Shown piece after piece: positions 10,945 through 20,789 of a stretch of 64,000 bases of DNA. The translations under genes were made by a program, and so were the position numbers. Location of the stretch: contig CAWJCS010000004.1 in the NCBI GenBank assembly GCA_963841435.1, forward strand, positions 288,001 to 352,000, read 5' to 3'. Below the pieces are notes generated by a model that was not told where the DNA came from, made no database searches, and saw nothing but the letters and a program-made list of their open reading frames with translations. This DNA is from an uncultured delta proteobacterium (GTDB lineage: Bacteria; Myxococcota_A; Polyangia; Polyangiales; Polyangiaceae). Within the stretch, counting starts at the first letter, position 1. Each line of letters begins with the position of its first letter.

Positions 10945-12494
10945 TGGCCCTCGTAGCGCCGCGCGTTGCCGACACGAATGCCGAGTCGCCTGAGTGACGC
11001 CTCGCCACGTCGTCGGGCGGCGTGCGCGCGCAGCGACACCGTCTCCGCCACGACGCGCGGGATGCCGCTGAGCGCCGTCGGGATGCCGACTTCGAGCGGC
11101 ACCGACATCCAGCGAAGCTCGAAGCGCCGGCGGGGCAGTGAGCGCAGGCTGCGTTCGAGCGCCGGCCGGGTCGTCGGGTCCGGGGCAGGGGACCACAGGT
11201 ACACGAGCGTGGGACGCCGCTTCTCGCGCGTGAGCTTTTGCAAAAGGCGCCCGAGCTCGGCGTCCGTGCGCGGCCGATCCGGCTCGAGGCGCGCGGGCGA
11301 ACCGAGCCCGAAGGCGGCCACGTAGCGGCGCAGCGTGCGTTCGCGGCGCGTGGGCGCGGTGACCGCGACGGGGCCGAACGGCGCGCGCGCCACGGCGACG
11401 CGATCGGCGCGCCGCGCCACGCGGTCGATCTCGTCGGGCCGCACGTTCGACGTGCCACGCGGGTCGAGCGGCCTGAGGTGCTCGAGCACGCGCGCCGCGA
11501 GGTCGCTTTCGTCGAGCCCGCTCCGCTCGGGGGTGAGACAACCGGTCGCGTGCGCGAGCGAAAGCGTGAGCTTGAGCGCGTGTCCGGGTCCCGAGCCGGG
11601 CTCGATGAACGCGAGCGTCTGGGCGCCCACCACCGCGAGCCCCACGAAGTCGCCGCGCCGCAAGTGGCGGTTGATGACCGTCGCTGCTTCCTCGATGGCG
11701 CCGTCGAGCGGGCTCTCGCCAGGCTCGCCCGACCACAGCTCGACCGAGGCGTCGAGCAGCACCCAGACCACATCGCGCTCCTCGCGCTCGTACTCGCGCA
11801 CCATGAGCTTTCCGCGACGCGCCGAAGCCTTCCAGGCGACTCGCCGCAGCGGGTCCCCGGGGCGATGCTCCCGCAGCTCGCGAAAGCTGTCGCCGTCGCC
11901 GGCGAGCGCGCCGGGCCGGCCCTGGACGGCCGTTCGGCGGCTCCGACCCCCGCGCGCGCTGTGCAAGAGCTCCCGGCTCGAGCCCGGCAACACCTCGACG
12001 CCGTATGGATTGGAGAAGGTGAGAGGGACCTCGAACAGCCCGGGGGCGCCTTCGAGCTCCAGCGAAAGCCCATGAAGCGCGTGGCGACCCACGCGTCGTC
12101 CGGTCACGCTCAATGTGACGAGCAGGCGACCGCCTCCCGGCACCTCGCCGGCCTCGGGAGAGACGCGCACCGTGAGCTCGGGCGACGCCGTGGCGCGCAG
12201 CTCCGTGAACCGCGCGCCGCGCGGATCGCGGTTGCGCAGCTCCGCCTCGACCTCGACCGTCTCGCCGCGCCCGAGGCGCACCCGTCGCTCCTGGCCGCTC
12301 CATGCCATCTCGAATCCCGAGGCACGAAGGCCTGCGACGTTGACCTGGGTCGCGAGCCGGGCCACGCCGACACCCACGATGAGCGCACCACCCCATGCCA
12401 CCATCACCGGCTCGCCGAGCACGAGCCCGAGCGCCATCACGAGGAGCCCTGCCGCCGAGAGCTCGACGCTGGTGCGCGCCGGGTAGGTTTGCAC
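10941..12494 (-). CDS. DUF58 domain membrane protein (MoxR-associated, VWA-like)
   Basis: Two N-terminal TMs; GDSFRELREHRPGDPLRRVAWKASARRGKLMVREYE; LLDAS. Start is approximate. Confidence 0.88.
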   Translation of the reverse strand: MQTYPARTSVELSAAGLLVMALGLVLGEPVMVAWGGALIVGVGVARLATQVNVAGLRASGFEMAWSGQERRVRLGRGETVEVEAELRNRDPRGARFTELRATASPELTVRVSPEAGEVPGGGRLLVTLSVTGRRVGRHALHGLSLELEGAPGLFEVPLTFSNPYGVEVLPGSSRELLHSARGGRSRRTAVQGRPGALAGDGDSFRELREHRPGDPLRRVAWKASARRGKLMVREYEREERDVVWVLLDASVELWSGEPGESPLDGAIEEAATVINRHLRRGDFVGLAVVGAQTLAFIEPGSGPGHALKLTLSLAHATGCLTPERSGLDESDLAARVLEHLRPLDPRGTSNVRPDEIDRVARRADRVAVARAPFGPVAVTAPTRRERTLRRYVAAFGLGSPARLEPDRPRTDAELGRLLQKLTREKRRPTLVYLWSPAPDPTTRPALERSLRSLPRRRFELRWMSVPLEVGIPTALSGIPRVVAETVSLRAHAARRRGEASLRRLGIRVGNARRYEGQ

Positions 12495-12605
12495 GCTCGG
12501 GAAGCTACCACGCGATTGACAGGCGCTGGCGCGCGGAAAAGGATGCCGGTTGGCGTGACGCGCGCGGCGAGCGGCCAACCCGGCCTTACTCGGGCCGCCC
12601 GGGCG

Positions 12606-14423
12606 ATGACGACGCTCGCGCTCCGGCTCGTGCTCGTGCTCGCGCTCGCTTGGCCGAGTAGGGCGGTGGCGGCGACTCCGGCGCTCACCGAGTACGAGCG
12701 AGCGCGCGTTGACGAAGCCGCCCAGAAGCTCGGCCTCTCGCCGGAACCCGTGGCGAGCCCCGACGGCAAGCTCATCGAACGGATCGACATCGTCGTCATC
12801 GACGTGTTCGACGAGAGCGATCCAGTCCCGAAATTCTTCAACGTCTTTCACGCGACGACGCGCGAGCGCATCGTGCGTCGCGAGCTCCTGTTTGCGTCCG
12901 GTGATCGACTCGACCTCGCCCGCCTCGACGAGTCGGCTCGCAATCTCCGAAAGCTCCGGCAACTCTCCCTCGTCGTGATCCAGCCGCTCGCCGGCAGTGC
13001 CCCCGATCGCGTGCGCGTGCTCGTGCTCGTCAAGGACGTATGGAGCTTGCGGCTCAACTACGATGTTCGCGCCTCGGATCGCGGGCTCACCTACCTGGTC
13101 ATCAATCCGAGCGAGGAGAACCTCGGCGGAACGCACACCTCGCTGGGCGGCCTCTTCGTGCTCGACCCCGGCACGTACTCCTTCGGCTTCGTGACCCGCA
13201 AGAGTCGCATCTTCGGCAGCGATATCACGGCGAGTCTCAGCGCCAACGTCATCTACGGACGCGAAAAGGATCGCGCCGAGGGATCGTTCGGCTCCTTCAC
13301 GTATGGTGCGCCGCTCACGCGCGCCGACCAGCGTTGGGCGTGGGGCACCGGCGTGTACTACGTGAACCAGGTCGAGCGCCGCTACCAGGGCAGTCGCCTG
13401 CAAACCTACGACGCGCCGTCGACGCCCGAGAACGAGGCGCTGCCGATCGCGTTTCGTAGCGAGTGGCTCGTCGGGGGCTTCGAGGTCGTGCGATCCTTCG
13501 GCTACCGACACAAGCTCGATCTGAGCCTCGGCGTTGCTGCCGATCGCCGCTACTACCGCTACACGCCGCCGCCGGGCACGTCGCCCGAGGCCGAGGCCGA
13601 CTTTCGCGATGCCTGGGTGCCGGTGAGCGATACGCGCGCCGGGCCTTTCGTGCAGCTCCACGCGCACGAGCAGCGCTACCTTCGCACGAACGGGCTCGAG
13701 ACCCTCGGCCTCCAGGAAGACTACGCACTCGGCCCCGCCGTGCTGCTTCGCGCGTACCCGGCGAGCACGGCGCTCGGCTCGACGCGTGATCTCGTCGGGG
13801 TCGTTGCGGCGCTCTCGTACACGTTTCCGCTCGGCAACGGTCTTTTGCGCGTCCTCGGGTCGAACCGCGTCGAGGTCGACGGCTCCGGTCGGAACGACGC
13901 CGACGTGCTCCTGCGCGCTCACCTAGCCCTGCCGAAGACCACCTTCTTCCGGCTGGTCGCCGACGGCGTCGTCGGCGATCGCTTCGAGAACTACTTGAAT
14001 CGCAACTACGAGCTCGGCGGTGACGGGCGGCTCAGGGGCTACCCCCCGGCCGGCTTCGAAGGCAGCTTCGTCGGTCCGGCGGTGGCCGCGGTGAACGTCG
14101 AGCTAAGGACGGCCTCCATCGATCTTTTCAGCGTCCAGAGCGGCCTCGCCGCGTTCTACGACGCCGGGCACGCGGCCGAGCGCCTTGGGGAGCTGTCGCT
14201 CCACCAGTCGGCGGGAGTCGGGATCCGCATGGTGTTTCCTCAGTTCAATCGCGTCGTGGCGCGGCTCGACTGGGCGTTCCCGTTCACACCGGCACCGGGC
14301 TACCGCACGTTTCCGGGGGCGGCGTTCCTCACCTTCGAGCAGGCCTTCGGCATGCCCGAGCTCATGGCCCCGACGGTCATGAACCCGAAGGAGACCAGCC
14401 CGATCGTCACCGAGATCCCGTAG
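12606..14423 (+). CDS. Omp85/BamA-TamA family outer membrane protein
   Basis: Signal peptide; POTRA-like segment (TTRERIVRRELLF...LDESARNLRKL); EENLGG; LGGDGRLRGYP motif; FYDAG...SAGVGIR...RLDWAFP. Confidence 0.8.
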   Translation: MTTLALRLVLVLALAWPSRAVAATPALTEYERARVDEAAQKLGLSPEPVASPDGKLIERIDIVVIDVFDESDPVPKFFNVFHATTRERIVRRELLFASGDRLDLARLDESARNLRKLRQLSLVVIQPLAGSAPDRVRVLVLVKDVWSLRLNYDVRASDRGLTYLVINPSEENLGGTHTSLGGLFVLDPGTYSFGFVTRKSRIFGSDITASLSANVIYGREKDRAEGSFGSFTYGAPLTRADQRWAWGTGVYYVNQVERRYQGSRLQTYDAPSTPENEALPIAFRSEWLVGGFEVVRSFGYRHKLDLSLGVAADRRYYRYTPPPGTSPEAEADFRDAWVPVSDTRAGPFVQLHAHEQRYLRTNGLETLGLQEDYALGPAVLLRAYPASTALGSTRDLVGVVAALSYTFPLGNGLLRVLGSNRVEVDGSGRNDADVLLRAHLALPKTTFFRLVADGVVGDRFENYLNRNYELGGDGRLRGYPPAGFEGSFVGPAVAAVNVELRTASIDLFSVQSGLAAFYDAGHAAERLGELSLHQSAGVGIRMVFPQFNRVVARLDWAFPFTPAPGYRTFPGAAFLTFEQAFGMPELMAPTVMNPKETSPIVTEIP

Positions 14424-14496
14424 CTGTCCCGCCCCGTCTTTTTTCGCGCGGCCGGCGCCTCGCGGCCGCCCTGCGCGTGCTAGCCCTTTCGGCCCC

Positions 14497-15369
14497 ATGC
14501 ACGTGCTCGTCACTGGAGCGGCCGGCAAGCTCGGCTCGTTGACCGTCCGGGCGCTCGTTCGGGCCGGCCACGAGGTGCGCGCCACCGACCAACGCTTCAG
14601 CGCCGAGCTCGGCGTGCCGTTCCGCCCCGCCGATCTGCTGAACGAGCACGTCCTGTACGAGCTTCTCGAGGGCGTCGACGCGCTCGTCCACTTCGGCAAC
14701 CACCCCAATCGCTTCGCCGGCCCGTCCCCGCAGCGGCTTTTCGCGGAGAACGTCGCGATGAACGCCAACGCGTTCGCGGCGGCGGCGGATCTCGGCGTGC
14801 GCCACATCGTTTTTTCGAGCTCGATCCAGGTGATGATCACGAGTGACCGGGTGCGACACGCGCCACCCCACACGCTGCCCTACCTGCCGCTCGATGCCGC
14901 TGTTCCCGCCGCGCCCGGTCTCAACCCGTACGCGCTCAGCAAGCATTTCGCCGAAGAGACGCTGCGCCTTCTCGCCGCGGAGCGGCCGGAGCTTTCGGTG
15001 ACGGTGATCCGCTATCCCATGCTCGTCGGCGAATGGTTCGAGCGGCGCTTCACGGCGGTCGGGGGTCGCGTGGGCATCGACCTTCTGCACCTCGGGGAGG
15101 CGACGGCCCACCTCTCGTTCGACGATGGAGCAGCGCTCGTGGTCCCCGCTCTCGAGCGGGCGCGGCCCGGTTACCGGCAGGTCTTCCCCGCGCAGTCCAT
15201 CGACATCGGGAATCTGCCTCCCCCCGAGCTCGTCCGTCGCTTCTACCCCGGCGTGCCGCTCCGGCGCCCCGTCGAGGCGCTCGACTCGCTCATCGACCGA
15301 ACGGACCTCGTCCGGGAGCTCGGATTCGAGCCGCGCCCCGGGCCCAGGGTGACGCTCGTCGAGTCGTGA
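14497..15369 (+). CDS. NAD-dependent epimerase/dehydratase
   Basis: VTGAAGKLG Rossmann motif, FSSS, YALSK (YxxxK). Confidence 0.88.
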   Translation: MHVLVTGAAGKLGSLTVRALVRAGHEVRATDQRFSAELGVPFRPADLLNEHVLYELLEGVDALVHFGNHPNRFAGPSPQRLFAENVAMNANAFAAAADLGVRHIVFSSSIQVMITSDRVRHAPPHTLPYLPLDAAVPAAPGLNPYALSKHFAEETLRLLAAERPELSVTVIRYPMLVGEWFERRFTAVGGRVGIDLLHLGEATAHLSFDDGAALVVPALERARPGYRQVFPAQSIDIGNLPPPELVRRFYPGVPLRRPVEALDSLIDRTDLVRELGFEPRPGPRVTLVES

Positions 15370-15566
15370 AGACCCCGCGCGCTAGCGCCGGTATTGCCCA
15401 TTAATATAAACACTTAGCTGTGCGGCGCCCACTGGCCAGCGAGGCCAGGCTCGAACGGCGCTCATAGACGGCGGGCCAGCAGCTGGCCTAAAACGCTAGG
15501 CTTGTCGTCCCCGGCCTGCGTCATCCATGACGGCGGGAGGCTCAAGAGGGACGCTTGGAGGCACAC

Positions 15567-17006
15567 ATGCGAGGATCGGTTCTCATTTCCTTTTTGGGCA
15601 TCTCGATGGCCATGGCAGCGGCCGTGGTGGGCTGCAGCGGCGACGACGACGACGCCGTCGCTCCGACCCCCCTGGGCAAGGAAGGCGAGAGCTGCACGCG
15701 GCGCGCCGATTGCGCGAGCGGGCTCCTTTGCATCGACCAGGTTTGCGCCAAGAACGCCGCGAGCAGCGGCGGCACGGGCGGCACGGGCGGCACGACTGAC
15801 AATGGCGGCGCTCCCGCGGCCGGCGGCACGGGCGCGCGCCCGCCCACGGCCGGCTCCGGCGGCTCAGGCACCGGCGGCGCGGTGGTCGCCCCCGCGCTGG
15901 GCGGTGACGGCGAGACCTGCAGCCGCCGAGCCGACTGCTCGGAGGGCCTCGGTTGCTACAACCAGCGCTGCTCTCCCCAACCCATCGGTGAGGGCGGTGC
16001 GGGCAACGTGCCTCCGCCGTTGCTCGGAGGTCAGGGCGAAACATGCGTCCTTTCGGCCGACTGCGAGGCCGGCCTCGCCTGCCTGCCCTCGAGCACGGCC
16101 GGCGCCTCGGTCGGCGTTTGCACGCCAGCCGACAGCGGCATCGAGCCCACGGGCAAGACCTGTAGCGCGGAGTGCAAGGCTCCCCAGGACTGTTGCGAGC
16201 TGCCCACCGAGATCCACGGGACGCTCGGCGTCAAATCCTGCTTCCAGCTCGCCGAGAAGCTGAGCGGCGTCGACTGCAGCGCGGCGAGCACGGCGGACGC
16301 GCCGGCCTGTTTCGCGATGGCCGTCTACTGCGACTGTGCGAGCAACGTCTGGGCATGCACCGACGGCGCTTGCATCTATCGGCCGGTTTGCACCGACTCC
16401 GGGCTTGCCGTCGATGGCTGCCCTCCGTTCTCGCGCTCGGGGCGAGCGCTCACGACGACTTGCGACGTTGGCGGAACCGACACGTGCAGTCTGCCTGCCG
16501 GGACGGCCTTCTGCGACGCCGACGCCGACTGCATCGGTAAGTACGTGAGCGACGATGCCACCGACATGTGCTCGGACACCGAGTGCACTTGCTACAAGAA
16601 CGTTCAGTGCCTACGAAAGTGCGCGGACGACCTCGACTGCGCCGCCGGCAAGGTCTGTGACGACACCGACAACGTGTGCGTTCTGCGTGGAACGTGCCTG
16701 GACGGCCCCGAGGGCGATGTGACCTGTGCACGCCTCCTGGGCGACTACCGCGCCACGTGCGCGGGTGGCGTGTGCACGCTGCCGTGTGGGACGGACCTCG
16801 ACTGCAACCCGACCGGCCTCGTGAACGGGTCGCTGACGCTCATCTGCGACACGGATCACACCTGCAAGCCCATCGGCTGCTCGTCGGACGAGGAGTGCTC
16901 GAACCCGATCGACGTGGCGACACCCGCCACGGCGCGCCGCATGTTCTGCACGACACCGCCCGCGGCCGGTGTCGCGACGGACGCGAGCTCGGCCATCACC
17001 GGCTAG
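15567..17006 (+). CDS. Cysteine-rich lipoprotein with repeated small disulfide modules
   Basis: Lipobox VVGC; three GxxGExCxxxADCxxGLxC repeats separated by Gly-rich linkers; many further CxxDxDC units. Confidence 0.82.
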   Translation: MRGSVLISFLGISMAMAAAVVGCSGDDDDAVAPTPLGKEGESCTRRADCASGLLCIDQVCAKNAASSGGTGGTGGTTDNGGAPAAGGTGARPPTAGSGGSGTGGAVVAPALGGDGETCSRRADCSEGLGCYNQRCSPQPIGEGGAGNVPPPLLGGQGETCVLSADCEAGLACLPSSTAGASVGVCTPADSGIEPTGKTCSAECKAPQDCCELPTEIHGTLGVKSCFQLAEKLSGVDCSAASTADAPACFAMAVYCDCASNVWACTDGACIYRPVCTDSGLAVDGCPPFSRSGRALTTTCDVGGTDTCSLPAGTAFCDADADCIGKYVSDDATDMCSDTECTCYKNVQCLRKCADDLDCAAGKVCDDTDNVCVLRGTCLDGPEGDVTCARLLGDYRATCAGGVCTLPCGTDLDCNPTGLVNGSLTLICDTDHTCKPIGCSSDEECSNPIDVATPATARRMFCTTPPAAGVATDASSAITG

Positions 17007-17024
17007 GGCTGCGCTTTTCGGCGA

Positions 17025-17067
17025 CGAACGGGTCCGCGGCGAAATCCGCGGGCCCGTTCGCTTTTTT
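17025..17067 (+). terminator. Rho-independent terminator
   Basis: Hairpin CGAACGGGTCCGCGG-cgaaat-CCGCGGGCCCGTTCG followed by CTTTTTT, 18 nt after the stop. Confidence 0.85.
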
Positions 17068-17082
17068 GGGTGGCGCCCCGTT

Positions 17083-17108
17083 CTTGACTGACTGGACGGT
17101 CAGACAAG
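17083..17108. promoter_or_regulatory. 26-bp imperfect palindrome (TetR-type operator candidate) overlapping a TTGACT -35-like hexamer
   Basis: CTTGACTGACTGGACGGTCAGACAAG; 20 of 26 positions are self-complementary; 40 nt upstream of the AraC gene. Confidence 0.55.
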
Positions 17109-17148
17109 CCTCGCCTATTTTTCGGATTGATCGTACAGGAAGAAGCCC

Positions 17149-18093
17149 ATGGACGTGCTCACGGACGTGCTCGAGACCCTCCGCGCTCGCGCGGCCTGTT
17201 ACGCCCGGGTGTCCGCGGCTGGCCCCTTCGGGCTCGCGCTCGCCGGAGGGTGCGACGCCGCATTTCACGTCGTCCTCGAGGGTCGCTGCACGGTGCTCGT
17301 CGAAGGGCACGACGCCGTCGAGCTCGGCGAGGGCGAGCTGGTGCTCTTGCCGCACGGCACGCCGCACGAGGTCGTCGACGCGCCGGGCACGCCGACCCGG
17401 CCCCTGTTCGAGCTGATGCCCCAGTGCCGGCTGCGCAGCCCCGCGACCCTCGAGCTCGGCTCGGGCGGCACGCGCTCGGTGCTCGTGTGCGGTCGCATCG
17501 TCCTCGACGACGGCGACCACCATCCGCTGCTGCCGCTCTTGCCGCCCGTCATCACCCTGAGGGACCGCACGAGCCCCACGGCGGAATGGCTCGGCCCGAC
17601 GTTGCGCTTTCTCGCGGCCGAGGCGGGTGCGGCGCAGCCCGGCGCTCGCACCATCGTGAGCCGCCTTGCCGACATCTTGTTCATCCAGATCGTGCGCGCG
17701 CACCTCTCGTCCGTGCCCGAGCAGTCGAGCGGATGGCTCGGCGCGCTGCGCGATCCGCAGATCGGTTCGGCGCTCGGCTCGATCCATCAAGACCCCGCGC
17801 AAGCCTGGACCGTCGAGTCCCTGGCGCAGAGCGTCGCGATGTCGCGCTCTGCCTTCGCCGCGCGCTTCGCGCGCCTCGTGGGCGAGCCACCTCTTCATTA
17901 CCTCACGCGCTGGCGCATGCAGAAGGCCCGCAGTCTGCTGCGCGACGGGAAGACGACGCTCGCCGAGGTCGCGACCCGTGTCGGCTACGACTCCGAAGCC
18001 GCCTTCAGCAAGGCCTTCAAGCGTGCCGTCGGTGAGGCCCCTGGCGCCTACCGGCGAGCGTCCCGGTCGAGGTCGCTCGGCGCGGCGGCCTGA
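17149..18093 (+). CDS. AraC family regulator with cupin_6 domain (RclR-like architecture)
   Basis: MDVLTDVL start, FHVVLEGRC, LLPHGTPH, LVCG; HTH WTVESLA...MSRSAFAARF...VGYDSEAAFSKAFKR. Confidence 0.93.
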   Translation: MDVLTDVLETLRARAACYARVSAAGPFGLALAGGCDAAFHVVLEGRCTVLVEGHDAVELGEGELVLLPHGTPHEVVDAPGTPTRPLFELMPQCRLRSPATLELGSGGTRSVLVCGRIVLDDGDHHPLLPLLPPVITLRDRTSPTAEWLGPTLRFLAAEAGAAQPGARTIVSRLADILFIQIVRAHLSSVPEQSSGWLGALRDPQIGSALGSIHQDPAQAWTVESLAQSVAMSRSAFAARFARLVGEPPLHYLTRWRMQKARSLLRDGKTTLAEVATRVGYDSEAAFSKAFKRAVGEAPGAYRRASRSRSLGAAA

Positions 18094-18217
18094 GGCGAGC
18101 CTCGCGAAATCGCTGGGTATTTCGCGGGACACCCGCGCCTTTTCGCGCCCGTCCCTCAAGTTCTCGGGCGGTCAGGCCCTAGCCGAGGAGGGTGTCCACC
18201 GCCTCGCGGGTGCGCCC

Positions 18218-18586
18218 GTGCTCGAGGCGCGCGGCGTCGAAGCCGTGCGTCTCCTGTTCCGATCGGCGGTGGGCCTCGACCCCGGCAGCACGATCCTCGA
18301 GCGCGTTACCGGGATGCAAAGTGCGCTCACGCGTGCGTCGGCGGTGGGGACGCTCGGCTGCTCGACGAGCGCGCTGTTCGAGCGTGCCGTGCGCGCCGCC
18401 TGGCGCGCCCAGGGCGAAACGGCTCTCGGGCAGTCGCCGATCATGCCGGAGTGGGAGCTCGAGCGGCCCGAGTGCGAACGCATCGTCGTGCCCGCTTCCA
18501 CGTACCCGCCGCGCGAGCCGACGAGCACGGTGCGGCTCGTCGCAGCGGCCGCCACGCCGGGCCTGCGCGGCAAGGCCGTGGCCTGA
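18218..18586 (+). pseudogene. Degenerate fragment resembling part of the glutamyl-tRNA reductase (HemA) N-terminal domain
   Basis: GVEAVRLLFRSAVGLD...ALTRASAVGTLG...LFERAVRAAWRAQGETALG resembles HemA G.EAVRHLFRVA.GLDS...GT.G..L..LF..A...AKRVR.ET.IG. No TCNR motif and no NAD domain. Confidence 0.5.
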
Positions 18587-18596
18587 CGGGCTCGCT

Positions 18597-20789
18597 TCAG
18601 AGCGGCAGGGAGTAAGCGAGGCCGGCGCCGAGCCGGAAGCGGTCGTTCGGCGCGAGCTCGAGCTCGCCGCTCGGCAGCGGGCCGCGCCCGATGGAGTACG
18701 CGCTGGCCTTGGCGGAAACGTAGGTCGCCGTGACCGTGTACGAGAGGCCCGAGCTCGCGATGGGCCCGGAGACGGCCGCGCGCACTTCTGCGAACGCTCG
18801 TGCGAACGAACCGGTGTCGGACGGATACTCGCTGAGCGGGCGCTCCGGCACGAATCGCGCCGCCAGAGCAAGCGTCGGCAGGCGGCCCCCGAGGTCGTAG
18901 GCGACCCGCGCGTTGCCGAACACTCGCGGCATCACCGCGAGCAGCGCCGGTGCGGAGCCCGGCTCGGAGCGCCTCGCGAACGCTTCCGAGACGCTCGCCC
19001 CATAGCTGAGCCTGCCGGCGAACGACGAGCCGCGGTACCCGAGCTCGGCGCCGACGCTCTCGATGCGCGAAACGTTCTGGATTTGGAACGCTTCGTCGTA
19101 GAAGATTTCGCTCTTTGCCTGCGCGTCGGCGATGCTCTCCGGGGGCGCGGGCATGCCGAGCAAAAGGTCGCGCCAGCGCGAGTAGAAGGCCGAAAGCTCG
19201 AGCGTTTGCGTGCCTGCCCGTTGCTCGAAGCTAAGCTCCCCCGAACGCACTCCCTCGGGTCGAAGATCGGGGCCACCGGGGATCTGCGTCGTCGGATCGC
19301 CGTAGTAAACGTCGAAGGCGCTCGGGGCGCGGAATGCTTCCGAGTAGATGCCCTTCAGTGTTCCTCCGCGCCACGGCATCCACACGACGGCCGCCCGCGG
19401 TAGCATCGCGGCCCCGAAGCGCTCGTCGATGTCGAGACGCGCGCCCGCGTTGACCCCGAGCCCCGGCGTGAGCCAGAACGTTTGCTGCAGGTAGACGGCG
19501 AGCGCCTTCTCCGTCGGCGAGTAGTCCCCCGTGGCCCCAGGGCTCAGCCCCGTGACGTTGTCGTAGTAGTTCACATCGGAGCGGATGCCTTTGACCCGGC
19601 CGTCGAGCCCGAAGAGCGTCACGAAACGCCCATCCTCGAGCCAGTCCAGCGTGAGCTGCGGCTCGAGCCCCGCTGAGCTCGCCGCACCCCGGAGCCGCCA
19701 GAGGCAGCCGGCGTCCTGGCCGACGAGGCAGTCGTCGGCGCCGGTGCTCGTCCAATCTTGATCGTAGTCGTAGAGGTCTGCGTAGAGCCTGGTCGAGAGG
19801 TGCACGACGGCCGAGGCCGAGAGCGTGTGCTTGAGGTCGAGCTGGACCCAGCGGTCGGTTTCCTTGCTGTCAGGATCGTCGAAGTTGCCGCTGTTCGTCG
19901 GGTCGCTGCGCTCGTAAATGGCGGCGCGGGCGCCGAGCTCGAACTGGCCCAAGCGAAGCTTCAGGTACGCTGCGGGCGCCCGTGTGTAATACGCGTCGTT
20001 GCCGCGGCCGCCCCACACGCCAGGCGGGTACTTGCGGTCCCGTGGACTCACGTCGAAGTCGCGCGGGTACCCCGTGACGAGGTCGGGCCCGTAATCCTGG
20101 GGGCCGAAATCGAAGGTCGGTCCGTCCTGCTGGAAGTACTCCGCTTCGAACACGACCTCGCCCGGTGTCTCTCCGAGCGTGAATTGCTCGCCGACGCCTG
20201 CGGCGGCTCGCCACGAGAACCCGGGCGCCGTCGCCGAGGCCACCGAGTCCGCGAACACGTGGACGCCCTGGAAGTCCTTGGCGTGCTTGGTGACGACGTG
20301 CACGATGCCGAGCATCGCGTTCGAGCCGTAGAGCACCGAGCCGGGACCGAGCACGAGCTCGATGTGGTCGATGAGCTCGAAGGGAATCGTAGCACCACGG
20401 TCGAAGTACGCCGTGGCGGCCCACTGCTCGTTCATGACGTGACCGTCGATCATGAGCAGGACGTGGGAGCCGAAATCGCTCGTGAGAAGCACGCCGCGCG
20501 AGCCGACCTCGCCCGTCTGGAAGCGCTTCTCCACCAGCATGCCCCGCCCGAGGAAGTTGATGGCCTCGTCGAGCGTGCGAATGCCGTATCGTTTCAGATC
20601 GTCGGCCGTCAGCACGATCAACGTCGCGGGCGCGAGGCTCACCGATTCCGGGCTCTTCGAAGGGGCGCTCACCACCGACGTATCGAGGAGCCCTTCGAGC
20701 TCCGTCGTGTCCCCCTGCTCCTCGGCGTGGATGGGCCCCGAAAGCGAAAGCGCGATCACGAGCCACGGGAGCGAAGCCGCTGCTTTCAT
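18597..20789 (-). CDS. TonB-dependent receptor
   Basis: Signal peptide; plug (VVSAPSK...VLTADDLKRYGIRTLDEA...LLMIDG...IDHIELVLGPGSVLYGSNAMLGIVHVVT); barrel (AFRAPS). Confidence 0.92.
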   Translation of the reverse strand: MKAAASLPWLVIALSLSGPIHAEEQGDTTELEGLLDTSVVSAPSKSPESVSLAPATLIVLTADDLKRYGIRTLDEAINFLGRGMLVEKRFQTGEVGSRGVLLTSDFGSHVLLMIDGHVMNEQWAATAYFDRGATIPFELIDHIELVLGPGSVLYGSNAMLGIVHVVTKHAKDFQGVHVFADSVASATAPGFSWRAAAGVGEQFTLGETPGEVVFEAEYFQQDGPTFDFGPQDYGPDLVTGYPRDFDVSPRDRKYPPGVWGGRGNDAYYTRAPAAYLKLRLGQFELGARAAIYERSDPTNSGNFDDPDSKETDRWVQLDLKHTLSASAVVHLSTRLYADLYDYDQDWTSTGADDCLVGQDAGCLWRLRGAASSAGLEPQLTLDWLEDGRFVTLFGLDGRVKGIRSDVNYYDNVTGLSPGATGDYSPTEKALAVYLQQTFWLTPGLGVNAGARLDIDERFGAAMLPRAAVVWMPWRGGTLKGIYSEAFRAPSAFDVYYGDPTTQIPGGPDLRPEGVRSGELSFEQRAGTQTLELSAFYSRWRDLLLGMPAPPESIADAQAKSEIFYDEAFQIQNVSRIESVGAELGYRGSSFAGRLSYGASVSEAFARRSEPGSAPALLAVMPRVFGNARVAYDLGGRLPTLALAARFVPERPLSEYPSDTGSFARAFAEVRAAVSGPIASSGLSYTVTATYVSAKASAYSIGRGPLPSGELELAPNDRFRLGAGLAYSLPL

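Noticed and set aside
9629..14423. Very long overlapping ORFs (814, 767, 993 and 1061 aa)
   Set aside because: These are high-GC shadow extensions; only their 3' portions carry recognisable proteins.
18103..18126. Inverted repeat CGCGAAAT-N8-ATTTCGCG as a terminator or mobile element end
   Set aside because: I saw a single copy, with no adjacent U-tract and no transposase; function is unsupported.
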